64,000 bases of DNA from positions 2,659,047-2,723,046 of the forward strand of contig OY970208.1 in assembly GCA_963713865.1 (NCBI GenBank), written 5' to 3'. Position numbers and translations under genes: made by a program. Shown here in pieces: positions 1 to 11,453 of the stretch (the first letter of the stretch is position 1; each line of letters starts with the position of its first letter). Under the pieces are notes generated by a model. That model ran no database searches, had not been told where the DNA came from, and was given only the letters and a program-made list of their open reading frames with translations. Source of the stretch: an uncultured candidate division Zixibacteria bacterium (GTDB taxonomy: Bacteria; Zixibacteria; MSB-5A5; RBG-16-43-9).

Positions 1-2
1 AA

Positions 3-980
3 GTCGTTAAAGCTGCAGTTGAGTCCGGCTTGGATATCGTTGATATGCTGGAAGAGTATCACCGCAGACCAGACGCTTATGAGACTGAGGGGTTGGAAGT
101 TCCTAAAGGGATGATGCTGGATGAATATGGAGATTGGCTTCATAATAAAGCTATTGAGAACGATGTAACATTCGTTGACGGGATGGGATTTGCACCCGGT
201 CTAAGTAACGTAACCGTCGGAGAAGGAATCAGGAAATTGGATACCACTGAGATTGCCATCGCCAGGGTTGGGGGGATTCCCTGCAAGGAGGTTGCCCAAA
301 AAAAACCCTTACGTTATATGATCACCTGGGCATTCGACCATGTACTAAGAGAATATATGATTAAGGTGAAGGTGATTAAAAATGGTAAAGCGGTAGAGGT
401 AGACGCAACCAGCGATCTGGAAAGCTTTAGATTCAAGCAGTTAGGTAAAGATGAAGAGTTACAGTGTGCAATTACCCCCGGTATGCCCAGTTTTCTTTAT
501 ACCCGACCACAGCTTAAAGAATTTGCCGAGAAAACTGTCCGCTGGCCCGGGCACTGGCAGGGAGTACTGACCTTGAAGGAGTGTGGACTGCTTGACATTA
601 CGCCAACCAAATTCAAAGGTGTAAAAATTATGCCGCGAGAGTTTTTATTGTCTCTAATAACCCCTAAGCTCCAGCAGCGTGAAGGTGATACGGATGTATG
701 TGTGATGTATAACAACCTGACCGGAGTAAAAGACGGCAAGAAAATGAAAATAGAATACTTTATGTGGGATGAAGCAGACAAAAAGAACGGTATCTCCTCT
801 ATGGCAAGAGTAACCGGTTTCCCCTGCGCCATAACTGCCAAGCTTTTACTGGAAAAAAAGATAAAGGAAAAAGGGATAGTTCCACCTGAGGACTGCATAA
901 AAGGAGCGCTTTACCCGGAATTTATGCAGGAGTTAAAAAAGAGAAACATCAACATACTCGAGGTTATTACAGCTTTATAA
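3..980 (+). CDS. Saccharopine dehydrogenase / lysine 6-dehydrogenase family protein, 5'-partial
   Basis: Frame open from window start; motifs GMGFAPGLSN, KTVRWPGH, SSMARVTGFP and GIVPPE typical of the family. Confidence 0.8.
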   Translation, partial: VVKAAVESGLDIVDMLEEYHRRPDAYETEGLEVPKGMMLDEYGDWLHNKAIENDVTFVDGMGFAPGLSNVTVGEGIRKLDTTEIAIARVGGIPCKEVAQKKPLRYMITWAFDHVLREYMIKVKVIKNGKAVEVDATSDLESFRFKQLGKDEELQCAITPGMPSFLYTRPQLKEFAEKTVRWPGHWQGVLTLKECGLLDITPTKFKGVKIMPREFLLSLITPKLQQREGDTDVCVMYNNLTGVKDGKKMKIEYFMWDEADKKNGISSMARVTGFPCAITAKLLLEKKIKEKGIVPPEDCIKGALYPEFMQELKKRNINILEVITAL

Positions 981-1022
981 AATAACTGGAGTATAAACCT
1001 TTCAGGTTTATAAAATTAAATA

Positions 1023-1158
1023 GTAGGGACAGGGCTTGTCCCTGTCCGAACCTTAATGCGGACAGCCACAAGGGCTGTCCCTACATTAACTAATATTTAG
1101 GTGACCGTCGGGTCCCCTGACCCGACGGTAGCCTTGCCAGGTCAGGGGACCTGGCAAG
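1023..1158. repeat. Cluster of REP-like palindromes
   Basis: gtagggacagggcttgtccctgtccg...cggacagccacaagggctgtccctac (1023-1084), accgtcgggtcccctgacccgacggt (1104-1129), cttgccaggtcaggggacctggcaag (1133-1158). Confidence 0.8.
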
Positions 1159-1219
1159 CACTGTAAAAAGCTTTACATTACAGAAGTATCTTATAAACAC
1201 TTTCAAGGAAGAATATAAC

Positions 1220-2116
1220 ATGAGCCTTAAAACCTATTTTCTCGAAACCCGTCCTCAGTTTCTTATACTTTCCCTGGTCCTGATAATCTTAGCCACATCC
1301 ATGGCCTGGTATGATGGAATTTTTAACTTGAAATATACACTTTTAACTTTCTTAGGACTTCTCCTCCTGCATATTTCCGTCAACACCCTGAATGACTATT
1401 ACGACTACAAAAGCGGAATCGATTTAAAGGTTAACCGAACACCTTTCAGTGGTGGAAGTGGATTACTCCCATCTGGAAAAATTTCTGCCAGACAAACCTT
1501 CTGGCTGGGGATGACCTCATTTATCCTGGCTGTACCCATAGGAGTTTACTTCGTTTTGAACAAGGGATTTTATCTTCTCCCCATTTTCATCCTCGGTGCT
1601 ATTTTAGTTCTCTTTTATACCAGCCATTTAGCTAAGTTCGGGTTAGGAGTATCCGAAATCTCCGCGGGTTTAGGCTTGGGCACCTTGCCGGTCTTAGGGG
1701 TATATCTGATCCTGAATAAAGGCTTTTCCTTCCCTGTCCTTTTTGCCTGTATCCCTTCTGGAATCTTGGTATGCAATCTTCTGTACTTGAACGAATTTCC
1801 GGACGTGGAGGCAGATATAACCGGCAGGAGAAAAACCCTGCCCATCATATTAGGCAAAGATAGAGCCGCCATATTATATTCCGCCTTAACCCTGCTGGTT
1901 TATCTCTGGATTATCTTAGGAGTGATATTAAAATTTATGCCGCCCTTCACCCTGATTGCCTTACTCACCTTACCCTTTGCCTTCAAAGCCATTGGTGGCT
2001 CGCTTGCCCATAAAGACCTCAGCAAGTTGGTTCCAGCACAAGGTGCCAATGTAATGGTGGTATTGCTTACTCAGCTTCTTTTAGGGGTAGGGTATATCCT
2101 GGCGAGAGTGATTTAA
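1220..2116 (+). CDS. menA: UbiA-family prenyltransferase, MenA-like (1,4-dihydroxy-2-naphthoate octaprenyltransferase)
   Basis: ETRP N-terminus, NDYYDYKSGID and NEFPDVEAD...GRRKTL Asp-rich motifs, multiple TM helices. Confidence 0.75.
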   Translation: MSLKTYFLETRPQFLILSLVLIILATSMAWYDGIFNLKYTLLTFLGLLLLHISVNTLNDYYDYKSGIDLKVNRTPFSGGSGLLPSGKISARQTFWLGMTSFILAVPIGVYFVLNKGFYLLPIFILGAILVLFYTSHLAKFGLGVSEISAGLGLGTLPVLGVYLILNKGFSFPVLFACIPSGILVCNLLYLNEFPDVEADITGRRKTLPIILGKDRAAILYSALTLLVYLWIILGVILKFMPPFTLIALLTLPFAFKAIGGSLAHKDLSKLVPAQGANVMVVLLTQLLLGVGYILARVI

Positions 2117-2299
2117 AGCAGTTGTTTTGGAGTATCAACCTCTCCTGCGGTGGCTACGATCCCGCCCCCCCGTGGGGCGCCAGAACATAGTCTCCGTTTC
2201 TCGGACAGGTTTATCAAATCCGGCAGGTCAAAAGCCCCGCGCTTCTGACATAATGAACAGTGTAAGTAATAGTTCCTGACAGAACAAGAAGAATTGCTA

Positions 2300-3763
2300 T
2301 TATCTTTGTGTATTCTCATCAAGTGTAACAAATTCATAACCTTCTTTTTTCAACTCCTTTATAATTACAATTAGTGCCCTTATCATGTTTTCTCTATTAA
2401 TCTCATGTTTTAAATTCACACCGTCGTGCAGAACAATTATAGAACCTGGATGAACTTTTGAGAGAATTTTTTTTGCTATTTCTCTTTCCGTTGTTCCCTG
2501 CACATAATCTGTCGTCATATCATCCCAAGTAAACATAGTGTATCCTTTTTGATGTATGACCTCATCCAACCAGATCGATCTTAATCCATGAGGTGGACGA
2601 AATATTTTAGGCGATTCTCCCGTTGCATTGTAAATTGCTTCTTCAGCTTTATCAACCTCGCTTAGAATTAACTTTTTGCTCTCCAATGGTAATAACCAAG
2701 GATGTGTGTAGCTATGATTCCCAATAGCATGTCCATGAACTGCTATTTCCTTGGCGATTTCCGGATATGTTTCAACATTTTTCCCTATAAGAAAAAATGT
2801 TGCTTTGACACCCTCTCTATCAAGAATGTCTATAACTTCCTTTGTGTATTTACCGCTAGGCCCATCATCAAATGTAAGTGCCACTAATTTTTTATGAGTG
2901 CTAATATTATAAATCACTTTTCCAAAGACTTCTGATTTTGGTGAAGTGGATGCGTATACAAAAAACACAACTGACCCCAGTACACACATTATTGTTGCAA
3001 ATCTAAATAGCCATTTATGATTGGTCAGGCTAAACGATCTAACTGGAAGATAATTAGAAAAAAATATAGAGAAATGATTAAATAGGTATATAGATTGGGT
3101 TTTCAGCAATCCCTGTCTAATATATCTTCTTGCTGATGTTGAAGTATATAGGTTAGGTAGAAAGGCAATGGATCCTTCTTTTGAAATTCTTATTGATATG
3201 TCAGTATCCTCGCCATAGAATTTTATATTTGTATTAAAACCGCCAATTTTTTCAAGAATGTACTTTCTAACAGCGAAATTACCGCCTATAACAAATTTGG
3301 GTAAATTGAAAGTATCAAGTATTTTACTATAGAGAGGACGAGCAACTTTGAATGCGAACCATATAAAAATATTCGTTTTCCAATTACCATCATAAAAGAA
3401 AAAGGGATTCGTTATTGCAGATATTTCGCTATGATTCTCAAAGAACTCAAAGACTTTTGAAAGATACGATGGTGGAATAACGGTATCTGCATCTATATAC
3501 AAGAGTATATCACCATTTGCCATTCTCCGACCTGTTTCTCTTGCTTGAGGCAGTCCAACCCGTGGTTCGAAAACTACATTAGCTCCAAGTTTTTTTGCTA
3601 TTTCAGATGTTTTATCCGTGCTTCCATTATCAACTACTATTATCTCATAATCGCTAAAGTCTTGTGATTTGACAGACCTGATGCAAGATTCAATGTACTT
3701 CTCTTCATTACGAGCCGGTATAATGACAGAAATTTTTTCTTGGTTAACTTTTGAATCGATCAT
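2300..3763 (-). CDS. GT2 glycosyltransferase fused to NodB-type polysaccharide deacetylase
   Basis: N-terminal SVIIPARNEE, VVDNGSTD, DADT, GEDTD; central TM; C-terminal LTFDDGP, NHSYTH, FRPPHG, IVLHDG. Confidence 0.9.
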   Translation of the reverse strand: MIDSKVNQEKISVIIPARNEEKYIESCIRSVKSQDFSDYEIIVVDNGSTDKTSEIAKKLGANVVFEPRVGLPQARETGRRMANGDILLYIDADTVIPPSYLSKVFEFFENHSEISAITNPFFFYDGNWKTNIFIWFAFKVARPLYSKILDTFNLPKFVIGGNFAVRKYILEKIGGFNTNIKFYGEDTDISIRISKEGSIAFLPNLYTSTSARRYIRQGLLKTQSIYLFNHFSIFFSNYLPVRSFSLTNHKWLFRFATIMCVLGSVVFFVYASTSPKSEVFGKVIYNISTHKKLVALTFDDGPSGKYTKEVIDILDREGVKATFFLIGKNVETYPEIAKEIAVHGHAIGNHSYTHPWLLPLESKKLILSEVDKAEEAIYNATGESPKIFRPPHGLRSIWLDEVIHQKGYTMFTWDDMTTDYVQGTTEREIAKKILSKVHPGSIIVLHDGVNLKHEINRENMIRALIVIIKELKKEGYEFVTLDENTQR

Positions 3764-4354
3764 TCATGTTCCCATAGCATTTTTTAAATATTCATAAAGT
3801 TCATATCATTATTAAAAATGTCCTTGTCCAATTCGTTATTCTACCCACCAGTTCATCCATAAAAATTAAGAATTTTTTCATATCCATTTTCCCCCCGAAT
3901 CTATTCTTGAAAATCGCTTCTTAAATATTATTCTATTTTCTTGAAGAATCCCGAATCTCCTTGATTGGGTTAACCATTCTTATTTTTTAAGATTCTGTCT
4001 CTCTTTCCGACTTTTGGTTTTGTGGTTTTTATCTGATTCTGCTTCACGCCTATTTATCGTCCCCATCTTCTTCACTCCTGGCAAGCCCTTTAGACTTTAT
4101 CTCCTTCGGTTCTTCATCTCACATGCCTATCTCTTGCTTATATGGTTTCCTCTAAGAACCTTTGTCTGCTTTGAGGCTAGCCCCGAACCCTCGCAGGACA
4201 GGTGCCCGGCATACCTGACAAATCAGTAGATCAGGAACATAAAGTTCCTGATCTACCATTAAACTCCTCAACTTTTCAACCGTTTTTCTGAGGTTGTGGA
4301 CGAGTTTAGCAATTTTCTCATTCAAAATTCTAAGTCCGTCGCCACTATAGTCTG

Positions 4355-4765
4355 TTATTTCTTGGTGACGTGCTCTCTTTTCACCGGCTGAACTTTCATA
4401 CTAATCCGAGTGGCTATCTTTTCAGCTGCTTCAGTTTTATAGCTTATACTGACCTTTTCCCCAGTAGAGAAGTTTTTGAGAGTTGCAGTTTTCCCTGCTT
4501 TTCTGAAAGTAGCCTTAGGGTCAATTTTGAAAGTCTCCCCCTTACCAGATTTATCTTTCACGGTAATTGTAGAAGTAGTGGTATCTATCGAGAGTATCTC
4601 TCCTGATAAAACTAATGCTTTCTCAACCTGAGTTCCTTTGACTGGTTGACCACTTTTCTTTGGCTGTTCCGGAGTGGTTTGCTGTTGACCCCACACAGAT
4701 GCTACGCATCCGAAAACAAATAACAGCGCTAGTATTAATGTCAGGGTTTTCATTATTCTGTTCAC
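4355..4765 (-). CDS. Secreted hypothetical protein with small beta-barrel (DUF5666-like) domain
   Basis: Strong RBS aggagg, signal peptide ending VWG, beta-rich GEILSID...GEKVSISY region. Confidence 0.6.
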   Translation of the reverse strand: MNRIMKTLTLILALLFVFGCVASVWGQQQTTPEQPKKSGQPVKGTQVEKALVLSGEILSIDTTTSTITVKDKSGKGETFKIDPKATFRKAGKTATLKNFSTGEKVSISYKTEAAEKIATRISMKVQPVKREHVTKK

Positions 4766-5235
4766 CTCCTTTCATGGTTTTTGAGGTTACCTGGTTACCC
4801 TAAAGTTTTTCTCGTTTCTTATTGTTAATTTTAGTGCAGAAAGTATTTCAGTCTAAAAAACTATTTAAGCTATATTACGTTGATAAAGTTTGGTATGATT
4901 GAAAGAAAATATTCAATTATAACTACTGAGGAAATAAGATTGTAGACAAAAATTTTCCTGCAGAGGTGATCTCGAAAAATATCGGAAGTTTGAAACGGGA
5001 TAGGACAGGATTTTTCTGACAGTGTTTGTAGAAAACTTCCTATAGCATAATCATTAATTTGCCATTCTTCTTAAGCTCAGCCTTTCAGATCATTTTAGTT
5101 CGCTTACGGACCTTTTATCCTTCTACTCGTTTCAGGTACACCAAAATAGACACTAGAACCAATACTTCAAAAAAAAATGAGAAAAACGAGAAATACAAGT
5201 GCCTGTCAAGTTATTTTTCAAGCACTTAAATTTTC

Positions 5236-5301
5236 TGGCAATGCTACGGGGAGTCGAACCCTGGTTTGTGCGAATGCATCTTGAGAATGGTTGAGAACCA
5301 C
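5236..5301 (-). repeat. Degenerate 3' copy of tRNA-Glu (att-like) with 18-nt insert
   Basis: tggcaatgctacggggagtcgaaccctggtttg[tgcgaatgcatcttgaga]atggttgagaaccac matches tRNA-Glu at 17003-17075. Confidence 0.85.
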
Positions 5302-5571
5302 TGAACTAACTATAGTCGTTTTGTAACTCCTTTATTTGCAAGAAATAACAATTTAAAACTTTATTTTTCTCCAGTTTTCATTTTTTTTTGTTTCTTTGTG
5401 TTTGTTTATGTCTTTTTATCTATTTATGCTCTGGTTGGGACACAAAATGGTCACAAGATTGATAGAAAATAATTGTGAAGTTTTTTTACGGGATTACCCC
5501 TAAATATCTTTTCCGATTCTCTTTACATCTGATTTTTTGCTGCTATGAGATTTTTTGGTTTAAGTTTTTTC

Positions 5572-5599
5572 TTGACAGGATTCAATTCGTTTCTATATT
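5572..5599 (+). promoter_or_regulatory. sigma70-type promoter upstream of amtB
   Basis: TTGACA-16nt-TATATT. Confidence 0.55.
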
Positions 5600-5650
5600 C
5601 CTTTCTGTTTTATTTTAAAATTAAATCAACTTCAACAAATGGAGGAATGG

Positions 5651-6870
5651 ATGTTCGACACCGGCAATACAGGTTTTATGCTCGTGGCAACCAGCCTGGT
5701 GATGTTGATGACTCCGGGGTTGGCTTTCTTTTACGGTGGCTTGGTGGGTCGCAAGAATGTATTGACCATCATGATTCAGAGTTTCGTCTCCATGGGAGTC
5801 ACCACGATTATCTGGTGGGCCTACGGCTATTCCCTCTGCTTCAGCGGTGGGGTTGGAGGTATCATCGGGAATCTCGACAAAGCGTTTATGATCGGTGTGA
5901 CCCTAAATACACTATCCCCTTTCGGAAGCGGAAATATACCTGAATTCGTTTTCATGGCGTACCAGATGATGTTCGCCATCATCACACCCGCGCTGATCAC
6001 GGGTGCCTTCTCCAACCGCATTCGTTTCGGGGCTTATTTGATGTTCCTGGTAGCCTGGTTGACACTGGTCTATTTCCCTTTTGTGCATATGGTTTGGGGT
6101 AATGGCCTACTCGCAAAGATGGGAGTGCTCGATTTTGCCGGGGGAATCGTTGTTCACAACATTGCCGGTGTGGCGGCTCTGGCATCCGTTCTATATGTCG
6201 GACGAAGGCGCATCGGCGACAGCATTCCGCACAGCATTCCGCTGGTTGCACTAGGTGCCGGGCTTCTCTGGTTCGGATGGTATGGGTTCAATGCCGGCAG
6301 CGAGTTGAGGGTTGATGCGGTGACTGGTTTGGCGTTCCTGAATACTGACATTGCTGCATCTTTTGCCGGTCCGGTCTGGATGTTACTGGCATGGATCTTT
6401 GAAAAGAAACCGAAATTCCTGGGTCTGCTGACTGGTGCTGTGGCCGGCCTGGCGACCATTACTCCCTGTGCGGGTTACGTTACGCCCACCAGTGCTGCGA
6501 TTATCGGTATTCTCGCGGGCACCGCGTTTGCTATTTCGCCGTTAATCTGAAAAACCGTCTTAAATGGGACGATGCTCTGGATGTCTGGGGTGTGCACGGA
6601 GTCGGCGGAATGCTGGGAATCATTATGCTGGGGCTGATGGCGAGCAAAGCCGTCAATGCAGGCGGAGCAAATGGCTTATTCCATGGCAATGCCAGCTTCT
6701 TTGTCAAGCAACTGCTGGCAGTTATCGCGTCATCGATCTATGCTTTCGGTTTCACCTTCTTGATGCTGCTGATCATTAATAAGATCACCCGGGTTAAAAC
6801 ATCCGAAGGCGAAGAAGAAAGGGGTCTAGATCAATCGCTACATGGTGAGACGGCTTATGAAGGAATGTGA
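5651..6870 (+). CDS. amtB: Ammonium transporter, split by a frameshift near 6522
   Basis: MTPGLAFFYGG, DFAGGIVVH, WFGWYGFNAGS; second frame continues WDDALDVWGVHG; RBS ggagg before ATG 5651. Confidence 0.92.
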
Positions 6871-7199
6871 TCAAAGCCACACGTAAATCGATAGCCGTGA
6901 TAGCCCGCTCTCTCGTGTCTGCGCCGAAGCCATTAATGGAAGGTGACTCGGCGCTGTTGACTGACCCAACGAGTTGGTTGCTGAGACCGGCTTGTGAAAT
7001 TCGACCATCCAAAGCCAAAGGAGAATGATATAGCAACTTTTCAGGTGGATATTGATTTCTAACGTTTACAACTGAAGTTTATAAAGATTCCCCTGAAATG
7101 TTTGACAAAATGGACACAAGCGTTAACACTTCAATAAAATCTGGGGAAAATAAGAAAAACAAATGCCTGTCATTTTTTTTGACAGGCACTTAAGATTTC

Positions 7200-7268
7200 T
7201 GGTAGCGCTACAGGGAGTCGAACCCCGGTTTGTGCGAATGCATCTTGAGAATGGCTGAGAACCACCCG
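7200..7268 (-). repeat. 3' copy of tRNA-Glu including CCA (att-like) with the same 18-nt insert
   Basis: tggtagcgctacagggagtcgaaccccggtttg[tgcgaatgcatcttgaga]atggctgagaaccacccg. Confidence 0.9.
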
Positions 7269-7384
7269 AACCAATCAGGGGTATCTTCTTTACTATCTTT
7301 GTGTCTATTTATACTCTGTTCGGTCACAAAATGGACACAAGAGATGGTTATAGAATTCAGAGTACCCTGCTATGTTAGATAAGG

Positions 7385-10300
7385 CTATTCAACTACAATC
7401 TCGTCCACAAAAAGCCATGCCTTGTTCCCTTTGCCTGAATGCCAATCCGGGAGGGTCCCTATGTTTTTTGCCTTAATGCGGATGTATCTTCCGTCTACTT
7501 TTTTCAGGCTCAGGGTTAAATCTCTGACAAAATTCCCTTGATTCTCTTTCGGAGTTTCATAGGTCTCAACTGCTGCGATTTTAAACTTTTTTCCATCATT
7601 CGAAACTGCCATTTCTACAGTAGTCGGCAGAAAAATCCAGCTAGGGTTATCAGATAAACAACCTAGGCTGATCTTATTCAATTTTCTCTTCTCGCCTAAA
7701 TCTAAAACTACTTCCAGGTCGTTCCCCTCAAACCCCTGCCAGGCTTTGTCTGAATAAGAACTTGACCCTCTTTTCGAGTCAATCAAAGCCTTATCCCCGG
7801 CAGCGGAATAGTCGGGAGAATAAGTAGATAGATATTGAACCCCTTTGATGATATAAGCATTGTAGTAATTAGCAGTCGATATCGGGCTGGGATTTTTTCC
7901 TTTAGCCAGGGCAAGAGCTTTCACTGTGATAGGTTTATCAATCCTGAATGGTTCTGAATATAAGGGAGAATTACTCGTGGGCTCACTTCCGTCCAGAGTG
8001 TACCTTATCCCTGCTCCAGAATCTTCAGGCACAATACCTGCAACAGTTGACTTACCTTTCTCAATTATATAAAACTCCGGAGATATCTTAGGTGGCGCGC
8101 AGACTTGAAACCTCTCATAATCTGCCTGGTTGTAGTTGAGCGTGTCAAAAAGAGTGCTCGCAGGAAAAGTGGCATCATTTTCATTCTCAGCCAGAGAGAC
8201 TGCTAAGATCTTTATCTTTTCATTCTGGGGCAGGGTAATTTCCTTTGCGCCTGCGGGTAGATTAAGCTTGCATTTATACAGATAGGCATAACTGTAAGGG
8301 TCGTCTTCACCGTTTTTGAGATGACGATGCGTGGTAAAATAAGCAACATCACCTTTTCTGACGTAACCAGGAACAAGTCCCGTGAAGAAAATGTTATCCC
8401 ATTCATAGTCCCATTCCTGCCATTTGTAACCGTACCATTTGCGATTGTCCCACTGGCCTATAAAACCATCCCACTTTGGGATATCAACTTCATTAGATTT
8501 CCCGTCGAGCTTGAAGTCTCCCCTTGTGTCATTCTCAGTTGAGGCGGCAAGAAAATAAATTCGGTTGAATTTGCCTGCAGGCAGAAAAATCGATTGCCCA
8601 TTGCAGGAAAGCGCATTCTTATCACCATCCTTTTTTGAACCAAGGCTGAACACGATTCCTTCACTTATTATCGTGTCAGGTAAAATCTCAGCCGGCAGGG
8701 AATTTCCAGAAAGGTCAAAACTCCCATCTGATCTATTATCATTAGTGCTGATAACATCAGCATTATAGTTAAGCTGAACTGTCTGACATGTGGGTGGGCT
8801 TAATTTCTTAGAGGGGGGAGCAAGTTTGACCGCAAATGCCTTAATATGATAAGGCTTCATATCAAAAACCAGTTCCCCCTTCTTAATCACAGCCTCAGCT
8901 AAAGTTTGTTCCTGTCCGTTCACTTCTTTTGCCGAGATAAGAGGCTTAGCTATTGTAAGCCTTATATCTTTAGAGAAGACCCCCTTGGTTTCCTGAAGGC
9001 GAATTATGATCTCATCGCTATTCTCTCCCTTCTTAAGGGCAGTAACAGCTATATCCGGATTACTTAGATGAAGAAATGAAAAAGTTTTTCCCAAGAATCC
9101 TTTGTGCGATATGGTTTGAAACGCTAAAAGGGGCTGATTAAGTCTTGCACCCTGCCAGTTTGAATTCCCAGCTCTCCAATCTCCTCTGTGTCCATAAAGG
9201 GCGTAGCAGATCTCGTGTTTGCCAAAATCCTGAGTTGCCTGATCCTTGTAGTCGTTTCTTACACCAGGCGTATACAGGAGGGTGAGACGCAGAACATTGT
9301 CTGCTGGCTTATCCGAGCCGTACTTGCAGTCTTCTAGGATTGAAACACCGTAGGTTCCACTTGAATCTGTCAGGTCGAACCACTGATGGGATGGCACCTC
9401 GAATTTCTTAGGGTCGTTATTTCCTCGTTGGACAATCCCCACACCAGTATTATAAGAAGCCAGATGATTTGAGACCGCGAGAGGAAATGAGGCTTTGAGA
9501 GATGACTCTTTTGTGAACCAGTCTATGTAGTTATAAAATACAATCTGATCTGCACTTCCTCCTGCAGACAGACGAATAAGCTGAACGAATTTTGAGCCGC
9601 GTGATTCACGCTCTATTTCCAGAGCAACCCGTTCAGGACCTGATTCAACTATGCAAATGGATGCTGGACCTTCAACATAATCGACCGGAGGATTTTGTCT
9701 ATCGTTCCAGTCCATATTCCAGGCAGGCCACTGTTGCGGGCGTTCATGCAGGAAAGCAAGTCGTGCTGGCTCGGATAAGAGTTCACGATTTGCCCTTTTA
9801 TCATAGATACTTTCAACATCTCCTGAAGAATTCACCTTCACAATATATCTCGAATTCTCCAAAGACGAATTTGTAATTTTCAATCCCGCTTCAATTGTGC
9901 AGCCTGTTTCTGAAGGACGAACATCGTAAGCCCTGAAACCTAAGGAGGGAACAGTCGCCAGAAATAAGATCTCCAGCTTGTTTCCTTCGGTTTTGGTGAT
10001 CTGTGATGGAACTTCATGCTGATCTGGGTCAAAAACCTGTATGGCCTTTGGCACGGTCGGAAAGGTTATTCGGGCTTCGACTACCTCTTCTCGTTCTATA
10101 GATAAAGGATTGAATACTACCAGTGGAATTCCTTTCACCTGCGTATCCAGATCCCTGACAACCACACCAACCGCATCTGACAGGACTCCACTGAATTGAT
10201 TGGCTGCAAGCAGCTCATCATTCCAGGAATATTCATATGCCTTGGGTACACAGGTGCCTGCCATGATGTCGTGAAACTGAGCACCCAGAACCAACCGCCA

Positions 10301-11388
10301 TGCCTCATTAATTTTGTTTCGAGGATAGGTGATCCCCCCAACCACTCACCAATAACAGAAGAGGCCTCTGCAGAATAAGCTAAAAGCTCATTTTTACGAT
10401 TCCATCGTTTCATATAAGCTTCCGAAGATATTGAGCCTGCAGAGTGGTTGGTGAGCAGAAGCTCGCCCTGATAGGTAGGGAGTTTCGATTTCTGCTCAGT
10501 TGACAGGTCACTAAAGAATTTGTCAGCCGGCGATGAAATGACATGAATCCCTTTATCACTGGTAACGCTTTTCTCAATCCAGTTCACTGACTCCTCTGTG
10601 GGTGAGCCTCCCATATCCCCGGTGCCATAATACATATATTCGCAAAAGATTCCAGCCCTGCTCCCCAGATCAGAAATCCTTTTGGACCATTTTGGACTCT
10701 GGCTCAGATCATCTTTAACCTCAGTGCCGTAACTCCCAGGATTGAAGACCGAAACCACTGATTCGGAATCCGGCCCTATCCAGGAACCGATATTGAAAGG
10801 CAGGCTAACTGCCAGACCCCAGGAAAGTTTCTGGGTGGAGAACCCTTTTATGCCGCAATGTGCTAAGATGGACGGAAGCGAGGCTGGAAAACCGAAGCAG
10901 TCAGGGAGCATATATTCGGAACTGGCTTTGCCAAATTCCTTTCTGAAGTAATCGTTGCCGTAGAGGACCTGACGGATAATCGATTCAGGAGAAGGTATCA
11001 GGGCATCGTTTTCCTCTATGGATGAGCCGCAGGGAAACCACCTGTTTGCAGCAACGTATTCCTTGAGCTTTTGGTATTCCTGGGGATAATACTCTTTCAT
11101 CATCCGGTATCTGTTGGCCCCGCTGAAATTGAAAATGTAATGAGGATATTTCTGGAAAAGCTTGAAGTTATCCAGCAGGGTGTTTTTTACATACTTGCTT
11201 ATGGTGGTCTGATAATCCCAGCGCCATTCGGTATCCAGATGACTGTATCCGATGGTATAAAGTACGGTGTCTCTGGAGAGATCAACCCTGGGTAAATTGA
11301 GAACTTCAATTCCGGTCTGGGCAGCCACTGCGGATAGTACAAAATACTGCAGAAAGATCGCAATTAAGAATCTTTTCAAAGGTTTCAT
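7385..11388 (-). CDS. Secreted GH38 alpha-mannosidase with C-terminal chitobiase/Fn3-like and discoidin-like domains, split by a homopolymer frameshift near 10335
   Basis: Signal peptide, SHLDTEWRW, LPDCFG, YGTGDMGG, QFHDIMAGT; IRYTLDGSEPT and WLFVDEI C-terminal motifs; one G missing in the WLGGITYP run. Confidence 0.9.
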
Positions 11389-11453
11389 CTGGTTCCTCCT
11401 TTGGTCTTAAGATGAATTTTGAAAACACCAGAACGTCAAAATTAAGAGACCTC

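Noticed and set aside
10330-10342. Phase-variable poly-G tract in GH38, and likewise the G-runs in CDC48
   Set aside because: Runs of only about 6 nt and window-wide indels make sequencing error more likely
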